A stretch of 64,000 nt of DNA from Alphaproteobacteria bacterium (GCA_965249645.1 CBDFML010000010.1:488232-552231), one strand, 5' to 3'. Numbered from the stretch's first letter, positions 1 to 9,764 are shown. Notes: generated by a model from the letters alone, not told the origin. Numbers and translations are program-made.

Positions 1-1199
1 TTCAATTCCAGCCGGATCCAGACGTCGCGTAGCGCCTCGACCAGATGGTCCATCATTTCGTCTGTGTGGAGCGGGCTGGGCGTCAGCCGCAACCGCTCGG
101 TGCCGCGGGGAACCGTGGGGTAATTGATCGGCTGGACGTAGATACTGTGGTCGTTGAGCAGCAGGTCGCTTGCCTGCTTGCACAGCGCCGCATCACCCAC
201 CAGAACGGGCACGATGTGTGTCTCGGACGGCATGACGGGCAGGCCGGCCTCGGTCAGCCGACGCTTGCATGCGGCGGCGCGTTCCTGGTGGCGCTCGCGT
301 TCGGCGCTGTTGGTCTTCAGGTGACGGACGCTGGCGAGTGCGCCGGCGGCGACCGCCGGGGGCAGCGCAGTGGTAAAGATGAAGCCCGGCGCAAAGCTGC
401 GGATGACGTCGACCAGCGCTTCGGACCCGGTGATATAGCCGCCCATCACGCCGAACGCCTTGGCGAGAGTGCCCTCGATAACGGTCAGGCGATCGGCCAG
501 TCCGTCGCGCTCGGCAATTCCTCCGCCGTGCTCGCCATAGAGGCCGACGGCATGGACTTCGTCGAGATAGGTGATGGCGTTGTAAGCATCGGCGAGATCA
601 CAAAACGCCTCGATCGGTGCAACATCGCCATCCATCGAATAAACCGACTCGAAGAGGATCAACTTCGGTGCGTCGGGGTCGGCGTCGTGCAGCAGGCGCT
701 CGAGGTCGTCAGGATCGTTGTGGCGGAATATCCGCTTGTGGGCGCGGCTGTGGTGCACCCCGGCGATCATCGAGGCATGGTTGAGGGCGTCGGAGAAAAT
801 GATGCAGTCGGGCAGCAGGTTGGCCAGGGTGCCGATAGTGGCTTCGTTGGAGACGTAGCCCGAGGTGAAGACCAGGGCCGCGGCCTTGCCGTGCAGGTCT
901 GCGAGCTCGCGCTCGAGCAGCACGAGGGGATGGGACGTGCCTGAAATGTTGCGCGTGCCGCCGGCTCCCGCGCCGAGGCGTTCGATTGTCTCTTTCATCG
1001 CGGCGCGAACCTCGGGATGTTGACCCATGCCGAGGTAGTCGTTGCTGCACCAGACCGTTACAGCCCGCTCGCCACCCCGCAGGTGGCTCGTCGCAAAGGG
1101 AAAGTCGCCGGCGTGGCGCGACAAATCGGCAAACACGCGGTAGCGTCCCTCGGTCTTCAGATCGTCGATGGCCTCTGCAAAAAAGGCGTCGTAGTCCAT
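1..1199 (-). CDS. hemA: 5-aminolevulinate synthase (3' end runs off the left edge)
   Basis: Absent from the ORF track because its stop lies outside the window. Manual minus-strand translation from the ATG at 1199 gives [69 protein letters not shown], the alpha-oxoamine synthase/ALAS pattern. The 45..944 + ORF is its antisense shadow. Confidence 0.95.
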   Translation of the reverse strand, partial: MDYDAFFAEAIDDLKTEGRYRVFADLSRHAGDFPFATSHLRGGERAVTVWCSNDYLGMGQHPEVRAAMKETIERLGAGAGGTRNISGTSHPLVLLERELADLHGKAAALVFTSGYVSNEATIGTLANLLPDCIIFSDALNHASMIAGVHHSRAHKRIFRHNDPDDLERLLHDADPDAPKLILFESVYSMDGDVAPIEAFCDLADAYNAITYLDEVHAVGLYGEHGGGIAERDGLADRLTVIEGTLAKAFGVMGGYITGSEALVDVIRSFAPGFIFTTALPPAVAAGALASVRHLKTNSAERERHQERAAACKRRLTEAGLPVMPSETHIVPVLVGDAALCKQASDLLLNDHSIYVQPINYPTVPRGTERLRLTPSPLHTDEMMDHLVEALRDVWIRLEL

Positions 1200-1462
1200 C
1201 TTCGTCACCCTGGCCTTCACTTCAGCCCTCCGACAGCATTGCCGATGCTAGCGCAGGTTTGCAAACTCCTCAATCCGGCTCCTGGAGATTATTGACTATG
1301 TGCCGGTGACTGGCCATTACGGGGGTCGGATCATGGCTTTGCTAGGTCGACGCGGCGAAATGTAGCGTAGCAATTGCGGTCGGTGCAGTAGGTGACGTCG
1401 ATCACCCGATGGACCGCACGGAAACATCGCAACGCGAAGCCGTGTTGGGCGCATATCGGCGT

Positions 1463-2122
1463 TTAGAGTTTGCGGGCCAGTGTCAGCCCATCGGAGATGG
1501 GGACGAGGCTGAGATCAATCCGCTTGTCGTCTCGAAGCGCAGAGTTGAGCGCGCGGATGGCTTCGGTGTCCGCGTCTCGTGCCTCGGGATCCGCCACTTT
1601 GCCGTTCCACAGCACGTTATCGATGGCGACGATCCCGCCGGAGCGAATCAGGCGCAGGCAACGCTCGTAATAGCCGCCATAGTTTTCCTTGTCGGCGTCG
1701 ATGAAGGCGAAATCGAACCGGTTTTCACCCTCTTCCGTCAGCAGGGCGTCCAGGGAGTCGAGCGCCGGCCCCAATCGCAAGTCGATCTTGTTTGCGACGC
1801 CAGCCGCTTCCCAGTAGCGCCGGGCCACCGACGTCCACTCGTCGCTGATATCGAGAGCGACGATCCCGCCGTCGTCTGGCAGGGCGAGGGCGATGGACAG
1901 CGAGCTGTAGCCCGTGAAGACCCCGACTTCGAGGGTCCGCCGCGCGCCGATGAGACGACATAGAAAGGCCATGAATTGACCCTGGTCGGGGGCAATCTGC
2001 ATGCGCGCCATGGGGTCTTGGGCGGTTTCCTCGCGAAGCCGCACGAGCAGCGGGTTCTCGCGTACGGAGACGCGTAGGATGTAGTCGTGGATAGCGTCGT
2101 TGACCGAAGTGTATTTGGACAT
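1463..2122 (-). CDS. SAM-dependent O-methyltransferase, family 3 (caffeoyl-CoA OMT-like)
   Basis: ORF 1463..2170. Motifs LEVGVFTGYSSLSIALALP, FDFAFIDADKENY and GGIVAIDNVLWNG. The internal ATG at 2122 is preceded by GGGAGA, so it is the likelier start. Confidence 0.85.
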   Translation of the reverse strand: MSKYTSVNDAIHDYILRVSVRENPLLVRLREETAQDPMARMQIAPDQGQFMAFLCRLIGARRTLEVGVFTGYSSLSIALALPDDGGIVALDISDEWTSVARRYWEAAGVANKIDLRLGPALDSLDALLTEEGENRFDFAFIDADKENYGGYYERCLRLIRSGGIVAIDNVLWNGKVADPEARDADTEAIRALNSALRDDKRIDLSLVPISDGLTLARKL

Positions 2123-2264
2123 GACCGTCTCCCGCCTGATAGTTGCGCCTCGCTTGCGTCCCGCCGACATTTCATTCCAGTAAACAATATTTGCGGCCAG
2201 CAGAATTTTGTTGGTAGGATTCCCCCGTTACGACTGGTGTGACAGCATAACCGCGGACCGGACT

Positions 2265-2915
2265 ATGCCCACAGAGGCAAATTCAAACGGGATGAAATTC
2301 CAGGATCCCCATGGCCTAAAAGAGGGCAGACACGCAACCCTCGAGAAGGCAATCGGGCACGAAGTGCGGCGCCTGCGCAAGCAACTCGATATGACCGTGA
2401 TCGAGCTGGCCAATGTGGCCGGCCTGTCGTCGGGGATGCTGTCGAAAATCGAAAACGGGCTGACCTCGCCGTCGCTTGCGACCCTGCAGGCGTTGGCTGG
2501 CGCACTCAACGTGTCGATGAGCGCCTTCTTTCAGAAATACGAGGATCAGAAGGACGCCACCTTCGTCAAGGCGGGACAGGGACTGCGAATCGAGCGCCGG
2601 GGTACGCGAAACGGCCATCAGTATCATCTTCTGGGCCATTCCATAGGGCGCAAGATTGCCGTCGAACCGTACCTGATCGTGATCGAGGAACAGGCAACGA
2701 CCTTCCCGTCGTTTCAGCATACCGGGCACGAATTCATCCATATAATCGATGGGCGGATGAACTACGTTCATAACGGTGTGGTTTATGAAATGGGAGCGGG
2801 CGACTCTCTGTTCTTCGACGGGGAGGCCCCGCACGGCCCCGAGCGCCTGATCGAGCTTCCGATCCGGTTCATTTCGGTCATTACCTACCCGAGCGACAAT
2901 GAATCCCGAAAATAA
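2265..2915 (+). CDS. XRE-family HTH plus C-terminal cupin transcriptional regulator (PuuR-like architecture)
   Basis: ORF 2208..2915. HTH segment LDMTVIELANVAGLSSGMLSKIENG and cupin segment HTGHEFIHIIDGRMNYV..GDSLFFDGEAPHG. The start is uncertain (2208, 2265 or 2292). Confidence 0.85.
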   Translation: MPTEANSNGMKFQDPHGLKEGRHATLEKAIGHEVRRLRKQLDMTVIELANVAGLSSGMLSKIENGLTSPSLATLQALAGALNVSMSAFFQKYEDQKDATFVKAGQGLRIERRGTRNGHQYHLLGHSIGRKIAVEPYLIVIEEQATTFPSFQHTGHEFIHIIDGRMNYVHNGVVYEMGAGDSLFFDGEAPHGPERLIELPIRFISVITYPSDNESRK

Positions 2916-2989
2916 TAGATTGTTGATTTTATTTCAATAGCTTATGGTATTTTTAGCCTTCGAAGAAGTCAAAGGCACGCGTTCAAAAA

Positions 2990-3035
2990 ATTTCATACCT
3001 AGAAACAAAATTAATTATCTTGCAAATTATGAAAT
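2990..3035. promoter_or_regulatory. 8-bp inverted repeat ATTTCATA..TATGAAAT in the AT-rich leader of the GS-like gene (candidate operator)
   Basis: ATTTCATA at 2990..2997 and TATGAAAT at 3028..3035, inside an unusually AT-rich spacer (about 2916..3060) between the regulator and the GS-like gene. An 8-bp repeat is statistically weak. Confidence 0.2.
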
Positions 3036-3180
3036 GTTGACGTCGTGTTGATTGACGGGCTGACCCATCGAGCCGGACCGCGGGAGGCGACTCAGCTTGA
3101 CAGTTCGACAAAACCGACAATATTGGCGTGACTCCGCGGCAGGGCCGGCTGTCTGACGGCAATATCTCAGGGAGATTCCG

Positions 3181-4488
3181 ATGGCTGTTGATCTGGCGAA
3201 GATCGCCAAGGAAAGAAAGATCAAATATTTTTTGATCAGCTTTACCGACCTGTTCGGTGTGCTGCGCGCCAAGTTGGTGCCGGCGGCAGCGATCGGGGGG
3301 ATGCAAAGGGACGGTGCGGGATTTGCCGCTTTTGCCGCGTGGCTCGACAGCACGCCCGCAGACCCCGACATGCTGGTGATCCCCGATCCCGATAGCCTGA
3401 TCCAGTTGCCCTGGAAGCCCGAGGTCGGGTGGCTCGCCGGCGATTCCCATATGGACGGCAAGCAGATGGCGGACACGCCGAGGGTCATGCTCAAGACCCA
3501 GGTTCAGAAGCTGGCCAAGATGGGCTATTGCATGAAAACAGGAATCGAGGCCGAATACTTCCTGATCAACGACGACGGCAGTGCTATCGCGGATTCGCGC
3601 GACACCCAGGCTAAGCCCTGCTACGACCAGACGGCGTTGATGCGGCGTTACGATGTGATTTCGGAAATCTGTGACTGCATGCTCGAGTTGGGCTGGAAGC
3701 CCTACCAGAACGATCACGAAGACGCGAATGGCCAGTTCGAGATGAACTGGGATTTCAACGACTGTCTCGTCACTGCCGACCAGCACGTATTCTTCAAATT
3801 CATGGTCAAGGAAATTGCCGAAAAGCACGGTTTGCGCGCGACCTTCATGCCCAAGCCGTTCTCCTACCTGACGGGCAACGGCTGCCACGCCCATGTCTCA
3901 TTGTGGGACAAGGCGGGAAGGAAGAATCTGTTCGATGATCCCAAGGGAGAGCTCGGCCTGTCGAAGCTAGCCTATCAGTTCCTCGGCGGCGCGGTTCATT
4001 CAGCCGTGGCGCTCTGCTCGATCTGGAATCCGACGATCAACAGCTACAAGCGGATCAATGCGCCGCGCACCACTTCGGGAGCCACCTGGTCGCCCAACAC
4101 GGTGACCTTCGGCGGCAACAACCGCACCCACATGGTGCGGATTCCCGATCCGGGCCGGTTCGAACTGCGCCTGATGGACGGAGCCGCAAATCCGTATTTG
4201 CTGCAGGCGGGCATCCTGGTTGCCGGTATCGACGGCATCAAGAACAAGCGCGATCCGGGAAAGCGTCTCGACATCAATATGTATACGGACGGCCAAAAGG
4301 TGCGCGGCGCCAAGAAATTGCCGCTCAATCTGCTCGATGCCATTCGCTTGACCGAGAAAAACAAGGTTTTGCGCGACGGCTTCGGCGACTCCTTCATCGA
4401 GAGCTACGTCAAGTTGAAGCATGAGGAGTGGACCCTCTTTACCGCCCACCTGACGCAGTGGGAACGGGACAACACGCTCGACTGCTAG
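3181..4488 (+). CDS. Glutamine synthetase-like ligase, about 435 aa (GlnT / gamma-glutamylmethylamide-synthetase-like class)
   Basis: ORF 3181..4488. N-terminus KIKYFLISFTDLFGVLRAKLVP and C-terminal GS catalytic segments NGCHAHVSLWD, NSYKRI and NRTHMVRIP. Confidence 0.9.
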   Translation: MAVDLAKIAKERKIKYFLISFTDLFGVLRAKLVPAAAIGGMQRDGAGFAAFAAWLDSTPADPDMLVIPDPDSLIQLPWKPEVGWLAGDSHMDGKQMADTPRVMLKTQVQKLAKMGYCMKTGIEAEYFLINDDGSAIADSRDTQAKPCYDQTALMRRYDVISEICDCMLELGWKPYQNDHEDANGQFEMNWDFNDCLVTADQHVFFKFMVKEIAEKHGLRATFMPKPFSYLTGNGCHAHVSLWDKAGRKNLFDDPKGELGLSKLAYQFLGGAVHSAVALCSIWNPTINSYKRINAPRTTSGATWSPNTVTFGGNNRTHMVRIPDPGRFELRLMDGAANPYLLQAGILVAGIDGIKNKRDPGKRLDINMYTDGQKVRGAKKLPLNLLDAIRLTEKNKVLRDGFGDSFIESYVKLKHEEWTLFTAHLTQWERDNTLDC

Positions 4489-4545
4489 GAGCGTCCGTCG
4501 CGATCCGGTTTGCGCCGGCGCTGTCTGTACGGAGTCAGAATCGTC

Positions 4546-5787
4546 ATGCCTTTGCGGCTGCTGAAATACGGCCTGTCAAAGACTCACCCGGCCGAGCGCC
4601 ATTTCGCGCGCACGCTCGAGCTCAAGCCGAATTACGACGTGGTCATTATCGGCGGTGGCGGCCACGGCCTCGCTTGCGCCTACTACCTCGCGAAATTTCA
4701 CGGGATCACCAACGTCGCTGTGCTCGAAAAGGGCTATGTCGGCGGTGGCAACACGGGGCGGAACACTGCCATCGTGCGTTCGAATTACCTGACCCCGGAG
4801 GGTGTGCGGTTCTACGATGAATCGGTGCGGCTTTACAAGAACCTCTCGGCCGAACTCGACTTCAACATTATGTACTCGGAGCGCGGTCATTTCACGCTCG
4901 CCCATACAGATTCGGCAATCCGGACGGCGCGCTGGCGGGCCGAGGTGAACAAGCATATCGGCGTCGATTCCGAGGTCGTCTATTGCGACGATTTGCGCCG
5001 AATGATTCCACTGCTTAACCTGTCGGAAGACGTACGTTATCCCGTCATGGGCGCACTCTACCACCCGCCCGGCGCGATTGCCCGCCACGATGCGGTGGCC
5101 TGGGGCTATGGCGGCAGGGCCAGCCAGCTCGGCGTGGAAATTCACCAAGGGACGGAAGTCACCGGGATCAAGCAAGGGGGCGGCCGGGTGACCGGCGTGA
5201 TCACTAACCGCGGCGAAATCGGCTGCGGCAAGGCAATGCAGGCGGTGGCGGGGATGAGCTCGGTCATGGCCGCCAAGGCCGGGTTCAAGCTGCCGATCAG
5301 CTCGACCACACTTCAGGCCTGCGTCTCGGCGCCGCTCAAGCCGTTCCTCAACGACATCGTCGTCTCAGGCAGCTTGCATGTCTATATCTCGCAAAGCTCG
5401 CGTGGCGAATTGGTGATGGGTGGTTCGGCTGAGGGCTACTCTCGCTACAACACTCGCACAACCCTCGACCTGACCGAGGGCCTGATGGCGCATATGCTCG
5501 AACTATTCCCTTTTTTAGGCGAGGTGCCGCTGCTGCGACACTGGGCCGGGATCGTCGACATGACACCGGACTTCAGCCCGATCATGGGCGAAACACCGGT
5601 CGAGAACTATTACATCGATGCCGGGTGGGGGACTTGGGGCTTCAAGGCGACTCCAGTGAGCGGCAAGCGTATGGCAGAGACCCTCGCAACAGGCCGCGTG
5701 CCCGACATTCTCAAGCCTTTCCGGCTATCGCGGTTCAATGAGTTCGCGTTGGTCGGTGAAAAGGGCGCCGCAGCGGTGGGCCATTGA
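4546..5787 (+). CDS. soxB: Heterotetrameric sarcosine oxidase / N-methylglutamate dehydrogenase family, beta subunit
   Basis: ORF 4510..5787. YDVVIIGGGGHGLACAYYLAKFHGITNVAVLEKGYVGGGNTGRNTAIVRSNY is the SoxB-type FAD fold. The ATG at 4546 is the likely start. Confidence 0.88.
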   Translation: MPLRLLKYGLSKTHPAERHFARTLELKPNYDVVIIGGGGHGLACAYYLAKFHGITNVAVLEKGYVGGGNTGRNTAIVRSNYLTPEGVRFYDESVRLYKNLSAELDFNIMYSERGHFTLAHTDSAIRTARWRAEVNKHIGVDSEVVYCDDLRRMIPLLNLSEDVRYPVMGALYHPPGAIARHDAVAWGYGGRASQLGVEIHQGTEVTGIKQGGGRVTGVITNRGEIGCGKAMQAVAGMSSVMAAKAGFKLPISSTTLQACVSAPLKPFLNDIVVSGSLHVYISQSSRGELVMGGSAEGYSRYNTRTTLDLTEGLMAHMLELFPFLGEVPLLRHWAGIVDMTPDFSPIMGETPVENYYIDAGWGTWGFKATPVSGKRMAETLATGRVPDILKPFRLSRFNEFALVGEKGAAAVGH

Positions 5788-5797
5788 GGATGGCGTC

Positions 5798-6118
5798 ATG
5801 AAAATCCTAACCTGCCCCCTGAACGGTCCCCGCAACATCTCGGAATTCGTCTACGGCGGAGAGGTGGTCGACATGCCGGATCCCAGCCGCTGCTCCGTCG
5901 ACGAGTGGGCTGATTATGTGTTCCTCGAAAACAACACGGCCGGCGTGGTGCGCGAATGGTGGTATCACGCGCCGACCGCCTATTGGTTTATCGCCGAGCG
6001 CGATACGGTGAGCGAGGAGGTCATCCGGACCTACGACGCCGGAACCGTGTTCAAGGAGCGCATCGAATTCAGCAAGCCCGAACAGTCGGCGAACGCCGGC
6101 GCGCCGAAGAAAGACTAG
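5798..6118 (+). CDS. soxD: Sarcosine oxidase family, delta subunit
   Basis: MKILTCPLNGPRNISEFVYGGE within ORF 5738..6118. Small subunit located between the beta and alpha genes, as in soxBDAG operons. Confidence 0.8.
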   Translation: MKILTCPLNGPRNISEFVYGGEVVDMPDPSRCSVDEWADYVFLENNTAGVVREWWYHAPTAYWFIAERDTVSEEVIRTYDAGTVFKERIEFSKPEQSANAGAPKKD

Positions 6119-6124
6119 GCGGCA

Positions 6125-9046
6125 ATGGCGTCTCAATCCCGACGACTCTCCGAGCCCGCAGGGCTGCTGATCGATCGCTCGGTTCCGGTCAGCTTCTCGT
6201 TTGAGGGGGAACGCTACAGCGGCTTTGCCGGCGACACGATTGCCAGCGCTCTGGTTGCGAACGGCGTGACGACGATTTCACGTTCGTTCAAATACCACCG
6301 GCCGCGTGGTGTGCTCTCGATGTGCGGGCATGATGCCAACAGCCTGGTCCAAATCGGCCCCCGGCCCAATGCGCTGGCCGACAAGGTATTGATTGCGGAC
6401 GGATTGGTGGTGCGCGGCCAAAACTATTCCGGCAGTCTGGAGAACGACCGGACCGCGCTGCTGGGCCTGCTCGGGCGGTTCATGCCGGTCGGTTTCTATT
6501 ACAAGGCGTTCCATACGCCGAAGGCCCTGTGGCCGTTCTGGGAAAAGGTGATCCGGCGGATTGCGGGCCTCGGCAAAGTCGATCTCGGTCATCACCACGA
6601 ATATTACGACAAGGAATACTTGTTTGCCGATATCTGCGTCGTGGGCGGTGGCCCGGCTGGGATGGCCGCGGCGCTGAAAGCCGCTGAATCAGGTGCTGAG
6701 GTCATTCTCGTTGACGATATGGATGCCCTGGGCGGCTCGCTCAATTACGCCCGGTTCGACGCCAAGGGCGAGGCGGGGGCCAAGGTCCGGGCCAAGCTCG
6801 TCACCGAGGTTGAGGCCCAGCCGAACATCCGAGTCATGACCCGGACCATGTGTAATGGCTGGTTTTTCGACAACTGGCTTCCCCTGGTCGGCGATCGCCG
6901 GCTCTACAAACTTCGGGCAAAGGCTCTCGTCGCCGCGACGGGCACCATCGACCAGCATGTGGCGTTCCATAACAATGACCTGCCGGGTGTGATGATGGCG
7001 AGCGCCGTGCAACGGCTGATCCGGCTCTACGGCGTGCGGCCGGGAACACGCGCGGTCGTGACGACGGCGAACGGTGATGGTTACGGCGCGGCGCTCGATC
7101 TGGTCGATGCCGGCGTCGACGTCGCTTGCGTCGTCGACATGCGGGCCGAACCCGTACCGGACGAGCGCTACGAGGCGGTGCTCCAGAAGGCGCATATTCC
7201 GATCTTTGCGAATTCGGCCATTCGTGAAGCGATCCCCTTGTCCGGAAACAAGGGCGTTCGAGCGGTCGACGTGGCGCGCATCGTGGGCGACGGCCAGTTG
7301 GCCACACAAAGCGACCGGTTCGAGTGCGATCTGGTGGCGATGGCGGGCGGCTACAATCCGTTTGCAGCACTCGTCTATCAAGCAGGCGGCCAACTGTCCT
7401 ACGACGAGGATGTTGCCATGTTCGGGATCGCCGGGCTGCCGGAACACCTTTTTGCCGCAGGCTCCGTGGACGGAGCGTTCCGTCTCGATGCTGTGAACGA
7501 GAGCGGTCGAATCGCCGGCTGGGCGGCGGCAAAAGATGCGGGCTTCGGAGCTGGACGGAAGCCAGCGAGTCGCGCGGAAAAAGGCACGGCCGAGCAGAAT
7601 ATCGCCTGGCCGATGTTCCCTCATCCGAAGGCCAAGGAATTCATCGACTTCGATGAGGACCTCCAGATCAAGGACATCGTGAACACCATCGCCGAGGGCT
7701 ACGATCATATCGAGCTGCAAAAACGCTTCTCGACTGTGGGCATGGGACCGTCCCAAGGGCGCCATTCCCTGTTGCCGTCGGTGCGGATCAACGCGCGAGC
7801 AAACGGGCGAAGTGTTGACGAGACGGGTGTGACGACCCAGCGTTCGCCGATCTCGCAGATTACGATCAGCCATCTTGCCGGGCGGATTTTCGATCCCGTA
7901 CGCGAGACCTCGATGCATCACCGGCATCTCGAGCTAGGCGCCCGGATGATGACGGCGGGCACCTGGATGCGACCCGAATATTACGGCACGCCGGACAACC
8001 GAGCGGACAGCATCCTGCGTGAAGTGAAGAGCGTGCGCGAGAACGTTGGCGTGATCGACGTCTCCACCCTTGGCTCGCTGGTAATCCAAGGGCCGGACGC
8101 TGCCGAGTTTCTCGAACGGGTCTATACCTTCGCCTATAAGAAGCAGCCGCTGGGCCGGGCGCGCTATGTATTGATGACCGACCAAAGCGGCGTGATCACG
8201 GATGACGGCGTCGCGTGCCGGCTTCACGACGATCATTTTTACGTCACTGCGACGACTTCGGGTGCGGATGCGGTCTATCGCACCATGCTGTGGTTCAACG
8301 CCCAGTGGCGCCTCAAGGTCAACGTGATCAACGCGACCGCATCCTATGCCGCGGTAAACATCGCCGGCCCCAATGCGCGCAAGGTGTTGGAGAAAATCAA
8401 TACTAAAATCGACTTTTCGAGCGAAGCGTTCCCCTATATGGGCGTGCGCGAGGGCCTGCTCGGAGACATCCCGGCGACGATCATGCGAATCGGCTTTGTC
8501 GGCGAACTCGGCTACGAAATCCACGTTCCCTCTGCGCAGGGCGAAGCCTTGTGGGACGCGCTGTTCGCGGCGGGCGCGGAGTTCGGGATCATGCCGTTCG
8601 GGATCGAGGCCCAGCGCCTGTTGCGGCTCGAGAAGGGCCACATCATCATCAGCCAGGACACGGATGGTCTGACGACGCCTCACGAGGCAGACATGGCCTG
8701 GGCGCTTTCTCGCAAGAAGCAATTTTTTGTCGGCGAGCGCTCAATTGAAATCCAGGCGGTACGTGGCCTAGAGCGCAAGCTTGTCGGATTTGAACTGGTC
8801 GATTCGCAGGCGACGGTACCGCTGGAGGCGCATCTGACGTTGCGTGGCAGCGAGATCGCCGGACGGTTGACCTCGGTGGGTCGCTCTCCGACGCTGGGCA
8901 AGGTTATCGGGCTGGGCTACGTGGCACCCGATCAGACCGAGCCAGGCACGGAGTTCGACATCAAGGTTGCCTACGGCGAGATCGTCAAGGGACGGGTAGT
9001 CAAATTGCCGTTCTACGATCCCGAGGGCGAGCGCCAGGAGATGTGA
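6125..9046 (+). CDS. soxA: Sarcosine oxidase family, alpha subunit (NAD/FAD domain plus GcvT-like folate-binding domain)
   Basis: 973 aa. FKYHRPRG, CVVGGGPAGMAAALKAAESGAEVILVDD, and a C-terminal aminomethyltransferase-like part (GYEIHVP, RLEKGH). Confidence 0.9.
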   Translation: MASQSRRLSEPAGLLIDRSVPVSFSFEGERYSGFAGDTIASALVANGVTTISRSFKYHRPRGVLSMCGHDANSLVQIGPRPNALADKVLIADGLVVRGQNYSGSLENDRTALLGLLGRFMPVGFYYKAFHTPKALWPFWEKVIRRIAGLGKVDLGHHHEYYDKEYLFADICVVGGGPAGMAAALKAAESGAEVILVDDMDALGGSLNYARFDAKGEAGAKVRAKLVTEVEAQPNIRVMTRTMCNGWFFDNWLPLVGDRRLYKLRAKALVAATGTIDQHVAFHNNDLPGVMMASAVQRLIRLYGVRPGTRAVVTTANGDGYGAALDLVDAGVDVACVVDMRAEPVPDERYEAVLQKAHIPIFANSAIREAIPLSGNKGVRAVDVARIVGDGQLATQSDRFECDLVAMAGGYNPFAALVYQAGGQLSYDEDVAMFGIAGLPEHLFAAGSVDGAFRLDAVNESGRIAGWAAAKDAGFGAGRKPASRAEKGTAEQNIAWPMFPHPKAKEFIDFDEDLQIKDIVNTIAEGYDHIELQKRFSTVGMGPSQGRHSLLPSVRINARANGRSVDETGVTTQRSPISQITISHLAGRIFDPVRETSMHHRHLELGARMMTAGTWMRPEYYGTPDNRADSILREVKSVRENVGVIDVSTLGSLVIQGPDAAEFLERVYTFAYKKQPLGRARYVLMTDQSGVITDDGVACRLHDDHFYVTATTSGADAVYRTMLWFNAQWRLKVNVINATASYAAVNIAGPNARKVLEKINTKIDFSSEAFPYMGVREGLLGDIPATIMRIGFVGELGYEIHVPSAQGEALWDALFAAGAEFGIMPFGIEAQRLLRLEKGHIIISQDTDGLTTPHEADMAWALSRKKQFFVGERSIEIQAVRGLERKLVGFELVDSQATVPLEAHLTLRGSEIAGRLTSVGRSPTLGKVIGLGYVAPDQTEPGTEFDIKVAYGEIVKGRVVKLPFYDPEGERQEM

Positions 9047-9047
9047 G

Positions 9048-9764
9048 ATGAGCGTCACCCCGACGGACAGCAGCACCCGGAGCTTCATCTATCGCGAGCT
9101 CATCGCACTCGACGCCACGTTCGAGGATATCGGCGGTTGTGCGGCGGCCTTGACCTGCGGTGGGACGGTTGCGGCGGAGACCGAACAGGCCGCTTCGCTC
9201 GGCCTGTGTGATCTCAGCGCGTTACCACGTTCCGGCTACAAGGGCTGGAACAGCGTGCCCTGGGTGGTGAAGGGCGGCGCCAAGGTCGGGGATGCCCCGA
9301 ACCGCGCCTACCCCCAAAAGGACGGAACGTTGTTTGGGCGCCTGGCTGTCGGCGAGGTGCTAATTCTGGGTCCGCTCAACGGCAAGCCGGGGCTGATCCA
9401 GTCGCTCGCCAAGGGATGGTCGATGAGCGGTGGCGAAGGCGCCTATCCGGTGCCTCGTCAGCACACCAACTGCTGGTACGGGGTGAGCGGCGAGCATGCG
9501 GCAGGTATGTTCGCCAAGATCTGCGGTGTCGATTTGCGGCCCAAAACGTTCGAGAACCATGGCATCGCGCAAACCTCGATTGCCAAGTTGATCGGCATTA
9601 TCGTGCGCGACGATCTGGGGGCTGTGCCCAACTATCATCTGCTGAGCGACAGTGCTTCAGCGGCTTATCTTTGGACCTGCTTGCTGGATGCGGCCGAGGA
9701 ATTCGGTGGTCGGCCGGTAGGACTTTCCGCACTCCGCTATCTCGCAGGCGGCAAGAAACGCTAG
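9048..9764 (+). CDS. soxG: Sarcosine oxidase family, gamma subunit
   Basis: 238-aa ORF starting 1 nt after the soxA-like stop, in the last position of the soxBDAG-type order. Sequence conservation is weak, as is usual for gamma subunits. Confidence 0.7.
   Translation: MSVTPTDSSTRSFIYRELIALDATFEDIGGCAAALTCGGTVAAETEQAASLGLCDLSALPRSGYKGWNSVPWVVKGGAKVGDAPNRAYPQKDGTLFGRLAVGEVLILGPLNGKPGLIQSLAKGWSMSGGEGAYPVPRQHTNCWYGVSGEHAAGMFAKICGVDLRPKTFENHGIAQTSIAKLIGIIVRDDLGAVPNYHLLSDSASAAYLWTCLLDAAEEFGGRPVGLSALRYLAGGKKR

Noticed and set aside
45-944. 299-aa ORF on the plus strand
   Set aside because: It is the antisense shadow of hemA. The minus-strand frame gives an unmistakable ALA-synthase sequence, while the plus frame is low-complexity and Arg/Gly/Ala-rich.
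2932-2944. 13-mer TTTCAATAGCTTA repeated exactly at 19037..19049 (both preceded by TTGTTG), with related TCAATGA(G/C)TTA strings at 21820 and 40429
   Set aside because: Exact 13-mer matches are expected by chance in a 64-kb window on two strands, especially within AT-rich spacers. They resemble the IHF consensus WATCAANNNNTTR, but I claim relevance only for the two copies inside the island arms.
6689-7927. 412-aa ORF antisense to the soxA-like gene. Similar long antisense ORFs lie at 10348..11262, 17185..18225, 23858..25054, 38578..39900 and 59746..60717.
   Set aside because: Each lies opposite a gene with clear family motifs and has an Arg/Pro/Gly-rich, motif-free translation. This is the typical stop-poor antisense frame of GC-rich coding DNA.
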